A stretch of DNA of 64,000 nt, from assembly GCA_000004985.1 (NCBI GenBank), contig GG738864.1; one strand, given 5' to 3'. Positions 47,553 through 57,155 of this stretch are shown in pieces. The stretch is from Naegleria gruberi (lineage: Eukaryota). The translations under genes and the position numbers were made by a program. Each line of letters opens with the position of its first letter. Position 1 is the stretch's first letter. Under the pieces are notes generated by a model that saw nothing but the letters and a program-made list of their open reading frames with translations, was not told where the DNA came from and did not search any database.

Positions 47553-50456
47553 ATGGTGGGCAATCTTCTCAGTTTTTCTACTTCTAACTGGAAAGTAGAA
47601 AAAATGGCATCACACCAAGCAGAGGAAATTTATTCATGTGCTAATAATCATGATCGGAATGATGTGATGATGAGTAGTAGTAATAGTGTTGTTATTAATG
47701 ATCGTCGCGGAATTTTCAAGTCAATTCCTAAAGAAGTTATTTTACAAATTTTCTGTTACTTGTATAAACCAGAAGAGTTTCAAGGCTTTGCGTTGACTTG
47801 TAAATTATGTTATGAAGTGTACGCTGAGGAAATGTCAATGAGTTTGGATGGAATTAGATTGGATTATTTGAATGGTGTGGATCGAAGTGGAAAACCTAAT
47901 CGATTGATTGAATTATTTTCTATGAATGATGGAATGTCGGCTGACAAGTTGGCCATTGATTATGATAGTTACTTTAGAAAGAAGGGGGAATTTTATGAAC
48001 AGTATTTAGTGGATGAGATTCCAAAGTGCACTAACAAAAAGCTTGATAATGAGGATGACATAGTGGATGAAGAGGAATACCTGGAAGAAATGCAAACATG
48101 TATTCCATACCAGGGCGAATCGTCTAATGATTCTGATGAAGAAGAGAGTGAGGAAAGGAAAAAGGTATTCAAATTTCCATTTGTAAATACTTTAGAAAAA
48201 TTCAAAGAGAGATTGAATGAAATTCTGAAAAACAATGCTATGGCTAAAAAGGTAACGGAATGTCTGAATCATTTTAACAATACTACAAAGACCAATGTTA
48301 GATTCATTATTGCAGGTGGATTTGTTACACATCTGGTATCTAATTGTGGTTGTTGTGATATTGATATTTTCACAATTTCTAATGGGTCTAGTGACGAAAT
48401 TATCGATCATTCACTGAAACAAGTATTAACTCATATTGCTATGGAGCTTCGAAAGGAAAAGGTAGATTATAATATATTAAAGACTAATGGCACATTGAAT
48501 CTATTACCAATTACCAATGGAATTAAATCCAATCTGTGTCACAGATATCCAGATGCTGGTCCTATGGATGAAGATGAACTCCCTTGCCAGTTCGTATTGA
48601 GAAGAGTACAATCAATTGAAGAATTAATGTGCTTCTTTGATATTGATTGTTGTAGATTTTGTTACGATTTTGAGAGTGTGTACACCATATTGGAAGGGCT
48701 TAGATCCATGAAATTTAAACTCAATTTTGTTGCCAGACGTCATATTCACACTGGTCTCTATGTAAATAGAGCCATCAAATATAGTAGAAGAGGATTGGAT
48801 ACACTGTGTGTTGATTTGCACCCATTTGAACACAGACTCCATGCACAAACATTCATGACATGGCTCAGAGAATTTTTAAGCTCACATTTCACGGGAATGG
48901 CTGATGAGGGAGACTATGATGATCCATACTTTAATGACGAATCTTGGAATGGTTTTAACACAATAGCTCCATACATGTATATTGACAAGTATGCTGGAGA
49001 TTCTGACTTTGACGAAGAGCCTTACTATTCTATCGTATTGAAAAGTTTGGATTATTGGCTTGTGAAATGTGTTTTGGATAATGGATTGCGTGATGCAATG
49101 TATTCATTCGAGGCAAATGGTGATTACAGGGATGGAAGATGGACGAATGCATTAAAGGATATCACGATAGTGCATAACGTAGAGAAAAATCCTGTTATCG
49201 AGTCAATCATTGAGCACATTGAAAAATATGATATTCACTACTTTTGTCATACCATTGAAGAGTTACTCATCAAACATCCATCCATGTACATTACTGAAGG
49301 TTATTTGGATAGCCATCTCAAAAGCAAGTATGGATTCGATAGGTGCTACTTGTGCAATCAATACAAGATGGACGGCTTTAAATCCATGTGTCACAAATGT
49401 AAATATTGGAATATTGGAATGGAAAAGATGCATAGAGATCTTTCTGGAAAAGTTGCAATCGTTACAGGAGGAAGATGTAAAATAGGTTATGAAACTAGTT
49501 TGCTATTATTGAGAATGAAAGCAACTGTAGTGGTCACAACAAGATTTGGCTTTAATGCACTCTCGAAATTCCAGAAAGAAAGCGACTATAAGGAATGGAA
49601 AGATAATTTGATTATTTACCCTCTGAATTTGAAACATGGACCATCAGTTGTGGAATTTACAACATTTATCAAATCAAAATTCAAGCATGTGGACTTTTTA
49701 GTGAATAATGCAGCTCAAACAGTAAGAAGGCCAGTACCATATTTCACACCTTTGGTTGCAATTGAAAAAAGCCACTCACAATCTTTATATTTGCCATTAG
49801 GATTGGAAGAGAATAGCAGTGAATCCAACACAACACTAGCAGTCAAGGATCTCACCAAACAATTGGTGAATAATGCTCTCAATAGTACTCTTGAAGCTCT
49901 CACTCCGGAGGATTCTACCTATGAATTTAGAAAGGAATTGGATAAGTTTGGTGAATTAATTGATCATCGAACTAGACATACTTGGAATATGGCTCTAAAT
50001 GAAACAAGCACTGCTGAAATAATTGAATGTCAAATGGTGAATAGTATTGCTCCAACACTTTTAGTTTCCAAATTGACTGATTTGCTGAGACCTCAATTGA
50101 GTGATGAGGAATTACTGTCCATTGATTTTGAAAATAACTCACCATATTCGTATGTGGTTAATGTAACTTCACATGAGGGCTCTTTCAATACTACAGGAAA
50201 AACAGATTTCCACATTCAAACCAATCTTTCTAAGGCATCACTCAACATGTTGACGCATTCAGCCGCTAATCAACTTGCCAAACAAGGAATATTGATGAAT
50301 TCGGTGGATGTTGGTTGGATTTCTTCATCTATTCCAACATTTAAAGATCCACCTTTAAAATGTATTGATGGTGCTTACAGAATTTTACATCCAATCCTCA
50401 CCAATTCCACCAGTTATGGTAAATTATTCAAAGACTATAAAGTTGTTGAGTGGTAG
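47553..50456 (+). CDS. large fusion protein: F-box-like N-terminus, central region with nucleotidyltransferase-like GG-x13-DxD motif, C-terminal short-chain dehydrogenase/reductase (SDR) domain
   Basis: The C-terminal roughly 320 aa form an SDR fold: KVAIVTGGRCKIGYE (TGxxxGxG), VNNAAQ (NNAG) and a downstream catalytic region (YVVNVTSHEGSF ... KASLNMLTHSAANQLAKQGI). The N-terminus has IPKEVILQIFCYLYKPEEF (F-box-like). The sequence IIAGGFVTHLVSNCGCCDIDIF fits the minimal polbeta-NTase pattern [GS]G-x9-13-DxD. There is also a Cys cluster CYLCNQYKMDGFKSMCHKCKYW. Confidence 0.6.
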   Translation: MVGNLLSFSTSNWKVEKMASHQAEEIYSCANNHDRNDVMMSSSNSVVINDRRGIFKSIPKEVILQIFCYLYKPEEFQGFALTCKLCYEVYAEEMSMSLDGIRLDYLNGVDRSGKPNRLIELFSMNDGMSADKLAIDYDSYFRKKGEFYEQYLVDEIPKCTNKKLDNEDDIVDEEEYLEEMQTCIPYQGESSNDSDEEESEERKKVFKFPFVNTLEKFKERLNEILKNNAMAKKVTECLNHFNNTTKTNVRFIIAGGFVTHLVSNCGCCDIDIFTISNGSSDEIIDHSLKQVLTHIAMELRKEKVDYNILKTNGTLNLLPITNGIKSNLCHRYPDAGPMDEDELPCQFVLRRVQSIEELMCFFDIDCCRFCYDFESVYTILEGLRSMKFKLNFVARRHIHTGLYVNRAIKYSRRGLDTLCVDLHPFEHRLHAQTFMTWLREFLSSHFTGMADEGDYDDPYFNDESWNGFNTIAPYMYIDKYAGDSDFDEEPYYSIVLKSLDYWLVKCVLDNGLRDAMYSFEANGDYRDGRWTNALKDITIVHNVEKNPVIESIIEHIEKYDIHYFCHTIEELLIKHPSMYITEGYLDSHLKSKYGFDRCYLCNQYKMDGFKSMCHKCKYWNIGMEKMHRDLSGKVAIVTGGRCKIGYETSLLLLRMKATVVVTTRFGFNALSKFQKESDYKEWKDNLIIYPLNLKHGPSVVEFTTFIKSKFKHVDFLVNNAAQTVRRPVPYFTPLVAIEKSHSQSLYLPLGLEENSSESNTTLAVKDLTKQLVNNALNSTLEALTPEDSTYEFRKELDKFGELIDHRTRHTWNMALNETSTAEIIECQMVNSIAPTLLVSKLTDLLRPQLSDEELLSIDFENNSPYSYVVNVTSHEGSFNTTGKTDFHIQTNLSKASLNMLTHSAANQLAKQGILMNSVDVGWISSSIPTFKDPPLKCIDGAYRILHPILTNSTSYGKLFKDYKVVEW

Positions 50457-50495
50457 CTTTGTTTGTACTGGCAAGAAACTTGGCAAATTATTAGT

Positions 50496-52816
50496 TTATT
50501 GCACTAAACATTTCTTTTGTGGACGAACTTTACTACAATAATTGTCATCTCTGGTGACGGCAATTGTTCTCAAAATGACACTACTCAAATCATCAATGCC
50601 ATATCCTGTTTTGGAGCTAGTTTCAATATAAGTGGCACAACCCATCTTTTTGGCCATCAACTCTCCTTGTTCGAATGTGATTGGTTTTTCTTCATATTTA
50701 AGAATGAACTCCTTATTAAGAATTGAATCAGTACGATAGTCAATCTTGGTATTCACTAATGCCACAGGAGTGTCAGGACAGTGGTGTCTGATTTCTGGAA
50801 GCCATTTGGTGACAACATTGAAAAATGAAGCCTCTGACACACAACTAAAGTTCACTAAGAACAAAGATGTCCCTGGGTAGGACTATTACAATATTATTAC
50901 AAAAAATATAATTTCAATACTTACCAATGGACGCAATCTAAATAATATTAAGAAAACAAAAATAAAAATGATTAATTACCTATCATAATCTAAAATTGAT
51001 TAATTTCAATTAAATCCATTCAAAAAAAACTTACCTTCAGGACCAGCAGTATCCCTTTGTAAATGTTAACAATTATTAAAGAGATAGCTCAAATAACTTA
51101 CCATAGACCGATTGAATAAGTCTTGTCTTCAACTTTTACACTGATATTGTGATTGTCAAACACAGTTGGAATATAATCATTTGGATAATCTCCAGAAGTA
51201 TACCGTATTAATAGTGTTGTTTTACCAACTGCTCCATCTCCTACCGCAACAACCTTAAAAACACCATAAGGAGGATACTTGTCTAACATTTCAACCACAT
51301 GAGAATAGTTTAAAAGTTCAGACTTGGAACAATACTGTCTACCATCTGTACGTTGTTTTACCTCCTCAATTTTCAATGTTCTTTCAATATTCTTCTTTTC
51401 AACTTTTGACATGATGGCTTGAACAGCTTGAATGAGATTTTCCTTGTAATTTGACTTTTTACGTAAATAGGAATCGAAAATTCTTGATTGAGTGGTATCA
51501 AAAACATATTTACGAAGCACATAATCATAGGAACCAACAGTTTGCTTTGATGCCTTCTTAAAATCACTCAATTTTTTGAAATAAAAATCTTCCCAATATT
51601 GATCTTCAGTTGTTAAAGTGCAAATTCTCAATGATTTGGAAACCAAATGTAATTTCATTAAATCTTGAATGCTAAGAAATGATAGAACTGTTCTGAAAAT
51701 GTCATCATTCACCTTCTCATTAAATAAGTCAATATTAAATGAGCTTGTTTCTGATTTGATTATTGATTTTCCATCTTTCTTACTTGAAGTAATAGACGTA
51801 GTTGTTGGTGGAGAAACTGTAAAAACGTCAGGAGTCTTTTGAAATAATCCTCCAACTACAAAATAAGTAATAGAGGAATCAGTGGAAGGAATTTGCACAA
51901 GAGCATGAAGTACAGGTTGAGCTTCTTCCTTATTAGAATCATTGAAAATGGATGAAAGAGAATGAGTTGTATCAATCTTCCAACCTTGGCTAACATTTCC
52001 CAAATCAAGACATGTACAATCTGTGAAATTTTGATTTTGATTACAACCACCAACACTATACAATGTGTTTCCTTCCAAAACCATTGAATGTCCATATCTA
52101 GCAAACTGTTCACTCAAATTTGATGCAATAATCTCAGCATTAACTACCAATCTGTCAACACTCTCTACCAATGAATCAAGTGAAATCTTAATTGTATCTC
52201 TAATAATGGAATTAGCTGTTTTACCTCCATGAATATACCACTCTCCTGTTTCCTGATTCAAAACAGATGCATGATGATATCTCTTTGCAATTTGTTGTGA
52301 ATTTGATTCAATTTCCACAACTTTCCATTCAAATGTAGTCAAATTCAATTTGAATAATTCATTGGATGCAAAGCTATTATTATCATAACCACCAAACACA
52401 AATAATTGATCCTTAAAAACCACAGCTGATTGACCATAACGAGGAGAAATCAAATCTGATCCACTAGTCTGTAACTGTGTCCATAAATTATGTTCAAATT
52501 GATACAACCAAACATCTTTATGAAAACCATTCGATTTACCACCAAATAAAATCATTTCGTCTCGATTTCTCAAATAGGCAGAGTGACAATTTCTTGCACA
52601 TGGAATTAATTGTTGTTCTTGTTGATCAATTGATGTTAAATTCCTCCACAATTGTGTTGTAACATTAATTTCAATTAGATCATTACAATAAATGAGTGGT
52701 CTTGCTGAGGAAATGTCTGGATTTTTAATATAACCTCCGAATAGATAGATTTTATTGTTGTCTCTGTAAACACCGCTGTGACCAATACGAAGTGGTAGTG
52801 TGGAGAGTAATGACAT
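50496..52816 (-). CDS. Kelch-repeat / F-box / atypical Rho-family GTPase fusion protein, five exons
   Basis: Exon 1 is 51102..52816. It has Kelch blades (IYLFGGY, ILFGGKSNG, LFVFGGYDNN, WYIHGG, LYSVGGC, YFVVGGL), an F-box-like segment (DDIFRTVLSFLSIQDLMKLHLVSKSLRIC) and the Rho G1-G2 region KVVAVGDGAVGKTTLLIRYTSGDYPNDYIPTVFDNH...IGLW. The micro-exons are 51035..51054 (DTAGPE), 50980..50989 (DYD) and 50925..50937 (RLRPL). The last exon is 50496..50882 (SYPGTSLFLVNFSCVSEASFFNVVTKWLPEIRHHCPDTPVALVNTKIDYR ... ETSSKTG ... CLVQ, a CAAX box). The introns are 42-47 nt with GTAAGT/GTAATT donors and TAG/AAG acceptors. Confidence 0.75.
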
Positions 52817-53001
52817 TTTTTTTAAAGTTGTTTTGCAAAGTCATGAATCAAAAGTTCAGTGTTCCCTTGATGTAAAATGGAAAGAATCCAAAAATGTTTT
52901 TTAAACCATTTACTTTGAAAATTGGGCTAGCAGTTTGGTTAAATATTTGAAATGGATAAGTCTACAGCATTGAAATTAATGTTAATAACATATGATAAAA
53001 A

Positions 53002-53121
53002 GACTACAGCACCACAGGTTCCCAAGTTGTCTCCAACCTCAGTACTGATGTGGCTCGACGATGCTTAACTTCTCAAATCGGACGGGATGAGGTGCATTCA
53101 TCGTGATATGGCCGTAGCCAT
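53002..53121 (-). rRNA. 5S ribosomal RNA gene (copy 2)
   Basis: It is identical over 120 nt to copy 1, and identity continues about 8 nt into the 5' flank (ATTCATTA). A T5 run follows on the minus strand (plus-strand AAAAA at 52997-53001). The surrounding flanks are unrelated to those of copy 1. Confidence 0.9.
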
Positions 53122-53341
53122 TCATTACCTCAAATTGTCAAATATAAATCTTTTATTGTTTATTGATGACTTGCTTCAATTTGATCAAGACATATTCAAC
53201 AAACTTTCCTTGAGATGGAGAGAAAATTTCATGCCCACACTATTAAAGACTTCCTCTTCATGAATTCCTTGCGCACAACAAAACTGAATTCTAACATGAT
53301 TCTCAATACGTGTCATTCAATAAATACTTTTAAAAAAAATA

Positions 53342-55474
53342 ATGACAGGCAAAGAACAAAATACTCACCAGATTCTCCCCAAAGCTTCCTCTAACGCTCT
53401 ACAAACAGTACAATCAGAACAATATGATTATCTTGAGGACCAAAATGTCGATGAGTTAATTTGTTCAATTTGTTTGTTTCCGTTTGTTGATCCAATTTCA
53501 CATAGTACATGTGGAAATACCTTCTGTTCAACATGTGTGGAAAAGGTTGTGAATTGTCCAATGTGTGGTGAAGATGAATTCAAGAAGAATTGTTCACCAA
53601 GTGCAAAGGTGGTCATAAACATGTTGGATAAATTGAAAGTTAGGTGTGGAATGTGCAAGACAATTGTCCCAAGAGGCGAACTGAAAGACCATCAAGACAA
53701 ATATTGTCCACTCCATGGAGCCTATCAACAAGTTGAAGAATTAAAGAAGAAGTTGGAAGCAGAACACCTTGAAAAGCTTGAGATTGCTCAAAAAGAACTT
53801 GAAGAAAAGATGAAAAGTTTGCAAGTAGATCATGAACAATATTTGCAAAAAGCACAAGAGAATTTGACAAGGAGAGAAGAGGAATTACTCCAACAAGCAA
53901 AGAAAAAAGAAGAATTGTTGGAAAACCAAATGAAGGAACTTAAAAATCAAGTTGTGGCCAGAGAGAAATTTGAATCAACCAACAAACCTATCCATTTAAA
54001 TGTTGGTGGAACTATTCTTACTGTTTCATTGGGAGCTTTTATTCACAATGAAAGAGAACCTGATAATTTATTCAAGAAAATGTTCACTGGCGAGTATCCA
54101 TTGTATCAAACTCCATCAAAGAAATTCAATGATCCTATTTATTTCATTGATTGTGATCCAGTTATTTTCAAACTCATTCTTGATTGGTTGAAATTTGGTA
54201 TCATTGGAAATGAATTGAGTGATGACATGAAACAATCACTTTTATGTTCTTGCAATTCGTTCGGTATTGAAAATATAACCAAACATTTAAAGGAGAAACA
54301 CAAACAAGTAGCCAAGATGTCACAATTTGACTTTATGAATGTTGTCAATCTTGCAAGAAGTCAAAAAAGCAAACTAAATTTGAGTGGCCTTGATTTAAGA
54401 AAATTAGTGTTAAACAGTACGGATTTGAAGAATGCAGAAATTCTTGGATCTGACTTCAGTGGAATGAATTTGAAAAACACTGATTTCAAAGGAGGAATCT
54501 TGATAGGATGCAATTTCAGTAATTGCACTTTAACAAGTGTAAGAATTCAAGATTGTAATTTGGAAGGATGTGACTTTTCAAATACTATCTTTAAAAATAC
54601 TGACATTTTGAAAAACAATTTGTCAGGTGCCAATTTTGAAAATGCTCAATTTGAAAAGTGCAAAATTCAATGGCATTTTAAAAAGGGAAGAGATAATAAT
54701 TTGAAATATTGTAAATTTGTTGATTGTAATTTCGACGGATCAATATTTGAAGAAATTGATTTTTTTGAATCTATTTTATCATCAAGTAATATATTTAATA
54801 CTGGAACAATCAAGAATGCAGATTTAAGACAATGGAAAGATTTATCCAAATTCAAAGAAATGAAATTTGATTCATGTGTGTTTAATTTTACTGAAGAAAC
54901 AACAAAGGATATCATAGTTCCATTTGAATGTGATATTATTGACTTTGAAACCTCTTTGGCATTATATTCACATACTGAAAGTAAAGCAATTCCTCAATTA
55001 CTATATAAGGGAACAAGAGATGGATTTAATGGTTATTCCTTTCATCCTAAATGTGATAATCGCGGCCCAACATTAACAATTATCAAATCAGAACATGACC
55101 AAATATTTGGTGGATTTACCTCTAAACCTTGGACATCAAACAGATCACCACAGACCTATGTTTCAGATGAATCTGCATTTATTTTCAAAATTGAAAAAGA
55201 TTCAACAAATCAAAATTATCAATTTAGAAAATTCAATATCAAACAAGATAAGAAACAATATGCTATTAACGTTTTTGAAGGTTTTTTGCCAAAGTTTGGG
55301 GAAGACATTTATATTTGCAATGATTGTGATTCTCAAAATCAATCATATTCAGGATTAGGCTATGCTTATGAATCACCAAACAACTTTTCGAGCAATGAGA
55401 CACAAAGCTATTTGGCAGGAAGTTCCCCTTTCAAAGTTAAAGAAATAGAAGTTTTTCTTATTAAAAATTATTAA
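53342..55474 (+). CDS. multidomain protein: RING + TRAF-type zinc finger, coiled coil, BTB/POZ (KCTD/T1-type), pentapeptide repeats, C-terminal TLDc domain
   Basis: RING: CSICLFPFVDPISHSTCGNTFCSTCVEKVVNCPMCGEDEF. TRAF-type zinc finger: KLKVRCGMCKTIVPRGELKDHQDKYCP. A roughly 80-aa coiled coil follows. BTB: IHLNVGGTILTVSLGAFIHNEREPDNLFKKMF...IYFIDCDPVIFKLILDWLKFG. Pentapeptide repeats: LSGLDLRKLVLNSTDLKNAEILGSDFSGMNLKNTDFKGGILIGCNFSNCTLTSVRIQDCNLEGCDFSNTIF... (as in KCTD9). TLDc: LLYKGTRDGFNGYSFHPKCDNRGPTLTIIKSEHDQIFGGFTSKPW. Confidence 0.75.
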   Translation: MTGKEQNTHQILPKASSNALQTVQSEQYDYLEDQNVDELICSICLFPFVDPISHSTCGNTFCSTCVEKVVNCPMCGEDEFKKNCSPSAKVVINMLDKLKVRCGMCKTIVPRGELKDHQDKYCPLHGAYQQVEELKKKLEAEHLEKLEIAQKELEEKMKSLQVDHEQYLQKAQENLTRREEELLQQAKKKEELLENQMKELKNQVVAREKFESTNKPIHLNVGGTILTVSLGAFIHNEREPDNLFKKMFTGEYPLYQTPSKKFNDPIYFIDCDPVIFKLILDWLKFGIIGNELSDDMKQSLLCSCNSFGIENITKHLKEKHKQVAKMSQFDFMNVVNLARSQKSKLNLSGLDLRKLVLNSTDLKNAEILGSDFSGMNLKNTDFKGGILIGCNFSNCTLTSVRIQDCNLEGCDFSNTIFKNTDILKNNLSGANFENAQFEKCKIQWHFKKGRDNNLKYCKFVDCNFDGSIFEEIDFFESILSSSNIFNTGTIKNADLRQWKDLSKFKEMKFDSCVFNFTEETTKDIIVPFECDIIDFETSLALYSHTESKAIPQLLYKGTRDGFNGYSFHPKCDNRGPTLTIIKSEHDQIFGGFTSKPWTSNRSPQTYVSDESAFIFKIEKDSTNQNYQFRKFNIKQDKKQYAINVFEGFLPKFGEDIYICNDCDSQNQSYSGLGYAYESPNNFSSNETQSYLAGSSPFKVKEIEVFLIKNY

Positions 55475-55659
55475 AAATTTTACAATTCTGAGGAGAAGAA
55501 GAAATTTCCACTCAAATTGGAGGAAAAGATCTAGCACTCTATTTGTCATATTGAAATATGTAACTCTCAAATACTGTAGAACCATACTCGTTTGGGAAAT
55601 TCCATATAAAAATTATATATAAAATAGTTAAATTCAATGTATTATTGAGATATGAGTTT

Positions 55660-57033
55660 CTAATTAAGATAATTGTGTAATTTTAAATATTTGATTCCAT
55701 CCAGGTCTACACACTTATTCTTCAGTTGTAATTTTTTCAAAGTGCTAATTTGAGAAAGGTAATCCCATCCGTATGAGTCAATTGAGTGCTCAGAATGTGA
55801 TATGTCAAGCTCAGTAAGCGATGGCAGTTTTGAAATTTCACAAATTTCAGTCCTGCTTAACTTGCTATTCGACAAATCTAAAACTCTCAAATTTTCCAAC
55901 CTTGAAATCATTGTAAATTCCATTCCACTCAATCCAGTATTTGAGGCATTGAGGTATGTCAAATATTTCAATTTGGAAAAATTGATATAGTTAGTAGGAT
56001 CGTTCAATCCACTTGGTTTCTTGTCACGGATTGAAAGATACTCTAATTTTTGTAAACCTTCTATTAGATGTTTGAGACCTGAGTAGTTGGCATTCTCAAT
56101 AGTTAAGCGAGTCAAATTTGGTAAAGTGGACAAATGTTTACACCCTAATTCTCCAATCTCGTTATCAGTTATATCCAAACTTTTCAGTGAGCTCATTTTG
56201 GCTATATGATTACACCCCTCACAGGTTATATTACAATTTCTCAAAGAAAGTGACGTTAAACTATTCATTGTAGAAATTATTTGTAATGTGTTGTCCATAT
56301 TAATTTTCTCCAATGAGAGAGAATCTAACTCAGTTAAATTAACTAAATGATTGATTTTCGCAGAGTCCAATCTAAAAATTTCAATATTATTGGCATCCAT
56401 TGAAAGATCTCTCACCTTAGTCAATTTTGAAATATTCTTCAACGTGTTCTCAATTACTTCACCCTGTTCATGTTCATTCACAAAAGAACATTTCAAACTT
56501 GTTAAACTATTTTTCAGTTCCAAAAGAAATGCAAAATCTCTACTTTCAGGAAAATAACATCCACCCACATTCAAAACTCTAAGATTTTTCAATTTTGTCA
56601 AATATTCTGGTTTGGGAGCTACCATTTCTCGCCTCTCAACAATCAATGTTTCTAAATCGCTCAAATCACCAGCAAGACATTCAACTTCCAAACCAAAATA
56701 CAATTTCTTCAATTCCAAATAATGTAACTTCTTCATAAATCCCTTCTTACAATATTCTACAAAACTCATAACCATTACACGATTCCGATCGCCATCATCA
56801 CCTCCTCTATTATTATTGTTATTATTACTATTATATTCTATCGACATGGGAATACAAAATCTAATCCAATCAGTCCATTTTCTACAAATTAAACTCAAAT
56901 CCTTGATCAAATATTTAGATGAAAAGTAGGGAAGAATAGAGTACAATACAACGTCATCCGATAATTTTCCAAACTCTCCATCGTAGAGAATTTTAATTCC
57001 TCCTCCTCTTCTGAATTTGTGTGTTGTTGCCAT
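55660..57033 (-). CDS. F-box-like / leucine-rich-repeat protein, 457 aa
   Basis: F-box-like segment VVLYSILPYFSSKYLIKDLSLICRKWTDWIR, then canonical LRRs (LTSLSLRNCNITCEGCNHIAKMSSLKSLDITDNEIGELGCKHLSTLPNLTRLTIENANYSGLKHLIEGLQKLEYLSI; LRVLDLSNSKLS; LTELDISHSE). Confidence 0.7.
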   Translation of the reverse strand: MATTHKFRRGGGIKILYDGEFGKLSDDVVLYSILPYFSSKYLIKDLSLICRKWTDWIRFCIPMSIEYNSNNNNNNRGGDDGDRNRVMVMSFVEYCKKGFMKKLHYLELKKLYFGLEVECLAGDLSDLETLIVERREMVAPKPEYLTKLKNLRVLNVGGCYFPESRDFAFLLELKNSLTSLKCSFVNEHEQGEVIENTLKNISKLTKVRDLSMDANNIEIFRLDSAKINHLVNLTELDSLSLEKINMDNTLQIISTMNSLTSLSLRNCNITCEGCNHIAKMSSLKSLDITDNEIGELGCKHLSTLPNLTRLTIENANYSGLKHLIEGLQKLEYLSIRDKKPSGLNDPTNYINFSKLKYLTYLNASNTGLSGMEFTMISRLENLRVLDLSNSKLSRTEICEISKLPSLTELDISHSEHSIDSYGWDYLSQISTLKKLQLKNKCVDLDGIKYLKLHNYLN

Positions 57034-57155
57034 TTTTTAATAAATTAAATACAATTATTTACAATTAATTTATTTAACAGTTTTATTTAATTTAAATATT
57101 TAACAATTATCCTAATTTATTTAACAGATTTCAACTTTATTCGCGATTTGAAGGA

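Noticed and set aside
50496-50864. ORF-track start of the Rho C-terminal ORF (translated with Met at 50864)
   Set aside because: The codon at 50862-50864 is TTG, not ATG. The segment is an internal exon that begins at an acceptor at 50882, not an independent gene.
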